64,000 nt of DNA from Diplonema japonicum (taxonomy: Eukaryota > Protista > Euglenozoa: Diplonemea): the NCBI GenBank assembly GCA_964019335.1, contig OZ025658.1:186001-250000 (forward strand), written 5' to 3'. Of the stretch, positions 57,101 through 64,000 are shown one piece after another. Below the pieces are notes generated by a model. It ran no database searches. It saw only the letters and a list, made by a program, of their open reading frames with translations, and was not told the DNA's origin. The position numbers were made by a program, and so were the translations under genes. Each line of letters opens with the position of its first letter. The stretch's first letter is position 1.

Positions 57101-57601
57101 CTTGGTGGTGTTGGTGAATGCTTCCCACACGTTTTTCCTTAACCTCGTCTATAGAATCCTGCGCGCTTTTTCCCAAGGAAAGCATCATCCACCCAGCGAT
57201 CATGGTGCCCGTCCTCCCGATGCCTTCCTTGCAGTGGACCAACGCCACCCCTCCCTTCGCATTGACTTCGTCAACAAACATAGCGCCCTGGCTTAGCTGC
57301 TGTATTGTGGGCGGGGTCTTGTCTATGATAGAAAGATGCATGTAGTCGATGCTGACAACGGACATTACGTTTTTGTCCAGACCGTCCTCCGTGAGACTTA
57401 GAATGCCCCGTATGTTGTGGTGTATAGATAGGTACTCGATCTGCTCCCGAAGGTGCGACTTGTTTGGATGCCCGCTGCCTGCAATCCGTCCGTTGATCAC
57501 GACAGAGAAAAACGGCTGTGTGAGGGTTTTTTTTTTTTTTTTTTTTTCTTTTTTTATTCTTTGTTTTATTCCTCACACACCGGCAGGTCATCGCTTGTCA
57601 T
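54125..57601 (-). CDS. Dual-specificity phosphatase with a C-terminal RIIa/Dpy-30-like dimerisation motif; join(54125..54283,56625..57515,57581..57601)
   Basis: HCKEGIGRTG active site. Splicing across intron 54284-56624 gives EYLQAKHIAKMVED|AVHEILRDRPLYPAVYLSDWF. Confidence 0.85.
54324..54849 (-). mobile_element. Non-coding SINE-like element (~526 nt) with a 5' HDV-like ribozyme and 3' AGAATAG, between T-runs
   Basis: Begins after T13 and ends CAGAATAG plus T11, sharing AGAATAG with the LINE ends at 21656 and 48640. No long ORF. Confidence 0.7.
54712..54847 (-). ncRNA. HDV-like self-cleaving ribozyme
   Basis: P1 GGUGGG/CCCACC; P2 UGUUGCUG/UGGCAACA; P3-L3 ACC-UCCUCGU-GGU; GGGCAAC; P4 GGAUGAGU/GCUCAUCC; J4/2 GGCGAA. 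J1/2 carries an extra hairpin (CUAUACU/AGUAUAG). Confidence 0.87.
54863..56599 (-). mobile_element. 5'-truncated non-LTR retrotransposon (divergent family) inside an intron poly(T) tract
   Basis: ORFs 55376..56626 and 54913..55419 are homologous to the 48.6-kb LINE (LPSCLY, LWGP...RSP, H..DP, CDAC..RHALWEC, TTVTT.EL.LDFE). Confidence 0.9.
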
Positions 57602-58495
57602 ATCGAGATTCAGCGAGATTGCTAATTTTTTCTTCTTCATTTTTTTTTTTGAAGTACTTTTTTTTTTTTTTTCCCGAGGAACAAAAGTGGGGGGGGGGGG
57701 GGGGGGGGGGGGATCTTAACGCCACAGATTCTGTGGTTTCCCTGGGTGTGATATTTGGCAATGGTGTGTCTTTACCCTGGTATTTCTATCTTGGGTCGAT
57801 ACTGAGGTGGTGCCGTGGGTCTCCGCGTCGTTTAGGGCCGTTGGGTGGTGTGTGCAGTCCTTGTTTCGACTAGCTTAGACCGACTAGCTTCCCCGGTGGG
57901 ATTGGTATCGGACATCGTCTCTTCCGGCCTCTTTCTGGGTGCCCTTTTTTGAATTGATTTTTAAGGGTAAATTTGGGCTGGCGTTTTTTTTTTTTTTATT
58001 TTTTCATTTTCTTGCAAAGTTAGGGCAGCATTTATTATTTATATTTTTCATATTTTCCGCGCAGGACCCCGGATGCGAGAAGTGGCCGGGCTGTATTGCA
58101 TTGAAAGCCCTTTGCGCAAAAGATTTTTTTTTTTTCAAATCGTCTCTATAAAGACGCTCGTTGGTAGATGGTTAAAAGAAAAAAAAGAAAACGAAGAAGG
58201 GAGCTGGGGAAGAGGGTAAAAAAAAAGGGGGGGGGGCTTTTTTATTTACCCTCCTTTTTTTTTTTGTATTTAACAAAGTACTGCCCAGTTTTCTTGTAAG
58301 AAACGAAAAAAGAGTAGCTATGCAGTACTTGTGCAAAAGAAAAAAAATGCAAATACCAACTCTTTCTTACTTCGTCTTTTCTTTCTTCATATGTTTGTTT
58401 TTCTGCGTTATACAGTTTTTGTAAATAAAAGAAATGAAAAAAAAAAAAAGAAGAAAAATAAAGAAGAAGAGGTAGTGGAAAAGAAAGGGGAGGTA

Positions 58496-58697
58496 CTGTA
58501 AATTCTCTGAAGTCCGGGAAGAAAGGTATCCTAAAAGATTTGAATATAAACTGGCAAACTTCTGGGCCTCGGCCTAGGCCTATCCGACTATTTTACAGTG
58601 GGTGTACTTGGCCTTGGACAACAATGGGGACACTGCCCTTCGATGGACGGGGCTCAGAGGAGGATTGCCCTCTGGTAAAAAATTAAGAGATTTACAG
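58496..58697. mobile_element. Possible ~200-bp MITE
   Basis: Short imperfect TIRs CTGTAAATTCTCT / AGAGATTTACAG, with TA on the left only. Confidence 0.3.
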
Positions 58698-58865
58698 GAA
58701 CTCAAAACGGAACCCCCCCCCCCCCCCCCTCCCCCCCACCCCGTCTTCTTACATTATTTTTTTTTTTCTTCTTTTTTTTTTTTTTTTTTTCTTCGTTCTC
58801 CCATTATTCTGTTTTTGTTGTTTCCCCAAAAAAATTAAAAAAAAAAAAAAAGCCAGTTTTATATT

Positions 58866-59882
58866 TGAGCTCGTCCGGAAAAAAATGTCAACAAATGACC
58901 CTCCTATGCGGCGGAAAACCCCCGTTAAATTTCTAAGTAAAAAAGTAGTCCGACACCACTTTGTGTGCAGAAATGCAGTCTAAGCTTGAACACCATATAG
59001 GTCAAAATTTGTTCTATTTTTAAAACGCACGTGCAAAAACATGTTTTTTAGAATGGTTTTTGGCAAACGATTCAATTTGGAAGTTACAAATAACCCAGAC
59101 TCCATTTTTTATTTTCGTTTTTCCGTGAAAAGTGACAGGAGGAATGGACGCAGATTGAAAATCTGTGAAACCTTTGGGGTCATTTTGGGTGGGCTGGACT
59201 CTAAATCACTATTAAAATGGGGTGGGGAGAACTTACCCTTAAAGTGCCATTTTGGCCTATTTAGGCTAAAATCCCTTTAAAACCCCTTAAAAAAGCAAAA
59301 TTTTCGCTTTTAAAGTATTATGAGTGCAAAAGAAAAGGAAAAACCTCAGCAGATGGGTAGAGAATGAAAGTTTGACCCCAAAGATACCAATGTCGAAGCT
59401 CTGCATGAGCAGGCAAGTGTTAAGAATTGGTTTTTCTGAAAAAGGCCAAAATCCCTTAGGAACCCCTTAAAAAAGCCAAAAAATAGGGTGTAAAAAACCG
59501 GATTTTCGGGGGCTATGCGGCGCCATATATTTTTCGCTGTACTTTTAACAGTAACCCGACCCTGGGTTGTACCCAGGGGTCACAAGTGCGTTTGAACACC
59601 AATTTTATGCACCCTAGATGCTGCATTTTAAGCAATAAAATTGCATTTTAAACATTTTTCGCCGTTTTTTTTGACCTCTATTTTTCGCTTCCCGAGGGCA
59701 GCCGGCAAAGCCTGCCACCCTCATGGCAAAACAAGCATCGCAATTGAAAGAACGGCGTCATGTACACCATATATGTCATCTTCCTATGGTTGCATGCTGC
59801 CCTTTTTTTGCTCAAATAATCAAAATAAGAAATTTTCGGAGGTGCCCAAAAAAGTGTTGACATTTTCGTCCGGACGGGCTCA
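58866..59882. repeat. ~1-kb AT-rich segment bounded by 28-bp imperfect inverted repeats (possible non-autonomous DNA transposon)
   Basis: 58866-58893 versus the reverse complement of 59855-59882 match at 25/28; internal direct repeats are present. Confidence 0.45.
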
Positions 59883-60131
59883 TAAAAAAGAAACGTTTTG
59901 GAAAAAAAATAATTCTTTATGACCATATGTCTTTGTTGTTCGCACGAGCAAAAAAGGTTTTTTAAAAGCTGCGAAAGTTTTTTGCTCGGCACAAGTTGCA
60001 TATAGTTATAAAATCATTTTTTGAAAGATAAATATTTGTAACAAAAAAAAAAAAAAAAAAAAAAAAAAAACATAAAGCCACTTGCGACAGGATTTTGAAG
60101 AAAAAAAAAAAATCATTATTTCATTCCCTTT

Positions 60132-62177
60132 TCACAATTTCGACCCAAGCACCCTCTCACGAATGGTGCCTGACTCGTACGCCTTAATGAGCTCCTTGAG
60201 CTCAAAGCAACGCTTCATCAATTTCACACCTTTGTCGGTATCCTTGATTCGCATTCTGGTGGTGTTGTGCCGCACAATGTGCGTCTTGGCATGGTTGTCG
60301 GCGTGGCGAGTGATCGCCTCGGCCTTCCCTTTGAAAGTCTTGTGCTCCGCAAGAAGCATCCCATAACTGTTGGAGATTAAGGTGTACCCGGCAATGCCGG
60401 TTTCCTTCTGATACGCCTTGGAAAACCCCCCATCGATAACAATGAGTTTTCCGTCAGATTTGATAGGAGACTCTCCCTTGGCAACTTTGACAGGGGTGTG
60501 ACCGTTCACAATAATACCAGTAGAAGGATCGCACCCAAATTCTTTAAGCACGACCGTAGCTACCTTCGCATCATGTCTCATCTTAAGGTAAGGGTCTTTC
60601 GGCTCGGAGTGCGTCTTTTTGTCGTCGATAAAGTATCGTTCAAATGTAGTCATTCTACCCTTTCCGAACAATGGTGATTTTGCGCCCGTCCACAAGTAAT
60701 ACATCATGTCCAACCCGTCTTGTTTCTCCTTGGACCCCTCTGGTGATGTGATACCCTGTCGAACTTTCTCCTCGAGAGCATCGCAGTAAGCCTTCCCCTT
60801 TAAGTACTTTCCATTGATCAAACATTCTTCAAGCGATCCGTCTTCCTTCATAGGAAGCGCACCGTGAAGCAGAAGGTTACCATTATGAACCGTGTACATC
60901 TCACCGTGGGACCAAAGGAAGTTCATGTGTCTTTGCAACCACCTGCTGTTTTTGAAGGAAGCTTGAAGCTGGTCGAGACAGTAGCGTTCCATGGGTGTTA
61001 GTTCGTGTGGGTTCTTCGGGTCGATAGTTGGGAAGAACGTGTCGTTTAAAGGGTACGTTTTCCCGTTGATGACGATGGTGCCCGCCTCCTTGTCGAGGGT
61101 GTGGAGCATGATTCGATCGTCCATCAAAAACTCCGGCTGTCGTCTGACCAAATGCGCTTCGAGTTTGAACTGAATAACCGCAATGGCCTTTTGCATTTTA
61201 GCAAGGAGGATCATGTCCTGTTCGGTCCGGGCTTTTTCCGTACTTTTCTTCGGTTTGAAGATCTTGTACGCTTTCTCATCGTCGGCGTAGTAGTGAAGAG
61301 CAAGCTGTGCCAACGGAAGAATGGCGATCCCGTACGCATCTTCTAATGTAGCCATGTTTGAATACCGCAGCGCGATTCTCACCGTCGTGCAAAGGCATAC
61401 TTCGCTTCCAGCTGCCGCTCCCATCCAAAGCATGTCGTGGTTGCCCCACTGAATATCAACTGAATGGTAATGTGTTAACTCTTCCATGATGTCATGAGCT
61501 GCCGGGCCTCTATCGTATATGTCACCTACAATGTGAAGGTGGTCGACAGCTAGCCTTCCAATGAGGTTGGCTAGAGTGATGATCACGTCGGGTGCCCTGC
61601 CGGACTCGATGACAGATGAGAGTACTGTTGTGTAGTAGCTTTCTTTGTTGGATTCGACACGGCCTGTCGTCCAGCTGTTTCCCTCGTTGATGGGAGGTTT
61701 GTGGTCGAGGAGTTCCATGATCATATGTTCGTATTCCGACGGGCATGCTTTCTGAACGTGTTTCGTGGTGTATTTTGATGCGACAGACTGTGCGATCGTT
61801 GTCAGGTTGTTGAGGTTTATTTTGTACCATGTTTGAAGATCGCCGCCTTTTCTGCTTCGTTCTTGAAGAACGTCTGATGGGTAATAGATGAGGGCGGCCA
61901 GTGCTGACTGTTCGTCTTCATTCATAGTGCCCTCGATGTCGTCGCATCCAGCGGGGAACATCTCCGAGATGTGTCGTTTAACCACGCCTGAGCACGATCG
62001 CAAGACGTGGTGGAATGCCTCATACTCCCCGTGAATGTCTGACAGGAAGTGTTCTGTTCCCTTCGGCAGCGATATGATCGTTTCAAGATTCACCACTTCT
62101 GTTGCAGCGGCTTGTCTGTTCGGGTACTGCTCCGAGAGAAGCTTGAGATAGTCCATATCCGGTGGGAAATGAGTCAT
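60132..62177 (-). CDS. fbp: Class 3 (Firmicute-type) fructose-1,6-bisphosphatase
   Basis: LPKGTEHFLSDIHGEYEAF, GDIYDRGP, DIQWGNHD, NGHTPVK and IDGGFSKAYQ..TGIAGYTL; intronless; start MTHFPP at 62177. Confidence 0.95.
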   Translation of the reverse strand: MTHFPPDMDYLKLLSEQYPNRQAAATEVVNLETIISLPKGTEHFLSDIHGEYEAFHHVLRSCSGVVKRHISEMFPAGCDDIEGTMNEDEQSALAALIYYPSDVLQERSRKGGDLQTWYKINLNNLTTIAQSVASKYTTKHVQKACPSEYEHMIMELLDHKPPINEGNSWTTGRVESNKESYYTTVLSSVIESGRAPDVIITLANLIGRLAVDHLHIVGDIYDRGPAAHDIMEELTHYHSVDIQWGNHDMLWMGAAAGSEVCLCTTVRIALRYSNMATLEDAYGIAILPLAQLALHYYADDEKAYKIFKPKKSTEKARTEQDMILLAKMQKAIAVIQFKLEAHLVRRQPEFLMDDRIMLHTLDKEAGTIVINGKTYPLNDTFFPTIDPKNPHELTPMERYCLDQLQASFKNSRWLQRHMNFLWSHGEMYTVHNGNLLLHGALPMKEDGSLEECLINGKYLKGKAYCDALEEKVRQGITSPEGSKEKQDGLDMMYYLWTGAKSPLFGKGRMTTFERYFIDDKKTHSEPKDPYLKMRHDAKVATVVLKEFGCDPSTGIIVNGHTPVKVAKGESPIKSDGKLIVIDGGFSKAYQKETGIAGYTLISNSYGMLLAEHKTFKGKAEAITRHADNHAKTHIVRHNTTRMRIKDTDKGVKLMKRCFELKELIKAYESGTIRERVLGSKL

Positions 62178-62745
62178 TTTTTGCTTTTTTTTTTTTTTCC
62201 CCCTTCTTTTGTGGAGGGATGATGGAGGGGAGAATGGCATGAAGAGAGGAGAAAAAAAAAAAAGGGAAAAAAAAAAAGAAAAAGAAAACTCGGAGGGTTT
62301 TTTCTTTTTGTTTTGTTTGTTGTTTTTTTTTTTTTTTTTTCTTCTTTCGTGCTGCCTACTTTGGTTGTCACAGGATGGGTAGAGGAAAACAGTGTAAAAA
62401 ACCAAAGATACCCAGATTTCATCAAAGGCATTTATTTATTTATTTATTTATTTATTTACTGTAAAACAAAAAAGAAGAGAAAAAATATCCGGGGGGGGGG
62501 GGGGGGGGGGGTTTGTCACTCCGGCATTTATTTTTCTCTTCCGACCTTTTTCTCCCCAGGCATCAATTATGTCCTTACAGAAAGGGAGGAATACTTCCTG
62601 TGCCCAGATCTCTGAGGGTATCCTCACCCCCTCCCCCAAGCCGAAAATGCCGGCTGGAGAAAAATATCCGGGCTTTTTTCGCTTCCGGGAGTTTGTCACT
62701 CCGGTATTTTCTCTGGAATTTTTCGCTTTACAGTATTTATTTATG

Positions 62746-62796
<51 letters not shown>

Positions 62797-63027
62797 TTTT
62801 GAAAGAAAGAAGACTTAATTAGCAACCAAACTCTTTTCAAAGAAGTTTGATGTTGTTGCTGTTAAAAGAGAAAAGAAATTCAAATTAACATGCAAGCCCC
62901 TAAGACGAAAGCCGCATGCCAAAAAAAGAAAAGAAGAAGAAACGATAAAGCTCGTAGTTTTGATCCCAGAGTTCAGGTTGCTTTGTGGCTCTTTACCCAG
63001 TTTTTTCGACGCTTACTGCTGATGATA

Positions 63028-63060
<33 letters not shown>

Positions 63061-63568
63061 AAAAAAATGCGTCAGGAGCTACACTCAATAAAACGGTGGT
63101 AATAACGGCCTTTTCACCACAATTCCCCTTTTCTCTGTTCTCTGAAAAACCCAGCGTTTTTTTCTTTTTTTTATATCGGTCCTGCACGGTCAAAAGGTGG
63201 ATTTTCTTTTTAAGAGCCCCACAGCAGTGCCTACTAATACTATTTCGCGAACGTCCTATGTACTGACAAGAAGAAGAAGAAGAAAGGGGGGGGGGGGGGG
63301 GGAGAAAAAGAAAAAGAATACCATCCTCTACATGAATCTGCCTTTATGAGTATAAAACCAGGTATTTTTAAGGTGGCGATTTTGCGCTCGCCAGCTAACT
63401 CCTGTGGCTTCTTTAAAAAAAAGACTTCTTTTTTAATATCACCTGGGGACAATGCCTACTGGGAGCTTACTGTAAAAAGAAAAAAGAAGGAAGAAAAAAA
63501 AAAAAGAAAAAAAAGAAAAAACGGTGTTTGTCACCGGTGGGTTATATTGTAAACACCTTGGTAGAAAC

Positions 63569-63599
<31 letters not shown>

Positions 63600-63809
63600 T
63601 CAAAACTAATGCAACGGGGCCGCGTGCTAAGATGAAAGAAGGCAGGGGAGGAAGTCGCAAGCAAACAACCCACGCCACAAAGCGCGGGCAAAATAGGAGA
63701 AAAGAGAAAAAAAATCACTGGGAAAAGGGTAGCAAGTTAAGGGGTAGGAAGGATTCAAGAAGGCAAGGATGAAGTTCTTTTTATAATATTATACACTTCG
63801 CTGCGCTCG

Positions 63810-63857
<48 letters not shown>

Positions 63858-64000
63858 CTTTTCTTTTAGTACAACTTGTCGTTTTATTAATTTCTTCTGC
63901 TCGAGTTAGGGAGGGCCCTTCACTCCGACACAAAAAATAAATAGTACAAGTTTATTTGAATCATTCACTTTTTTTTTTTAAAAGACCATATTAGTTCGAA

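Overview
This is eukaryotic, gene-dense DNA. About 22 protein genes all lie on the minus strand, with short spacers, homopolymer-rich intergenic DNA and short GT-AG introns. That layout suggests a euglenozoan, probably diplonemid-like, polycistronic gene cluster (inference only). Recognisable genes are Piezo, an LRR/adhesin-repeat protein, ADP-ribosylglycohydrolase, two ChaC-like paralogues, two CDS-identical ferric reductase/NOX-family genes, a PPR protein, PRP40, ATP23, a CMTR-like methyltransferase, an inositol 5-phosphatase, a dual-specificity phosphatase with an RIIa/Dpy-30-like tail, and a bacterial-type class 3 FBPase. The main finding is a non-LTR retroelement system with five elements: 21656-23566, 26077-26626, 48640-50507, 54863-56599 and 54324-54849. 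All are sense to the host genes and sit inside sense-strand poly(T) tracts, four of them within introns. They are followed by poly(T) rather than poly(A), and three share the 3' terminus AGAATAG. The two elements with intact 5' ends both begin with an HDV-like ribozyme fold. One of these is an OTU-protease-encoding, internally deleted LINE; the other is a ~526-nt non-coding SINE-like element inside a host intron. Splicing out the element-containing introns restores in-frame host exons that the ORF track missed. All calls are by eye; no database searches were run.
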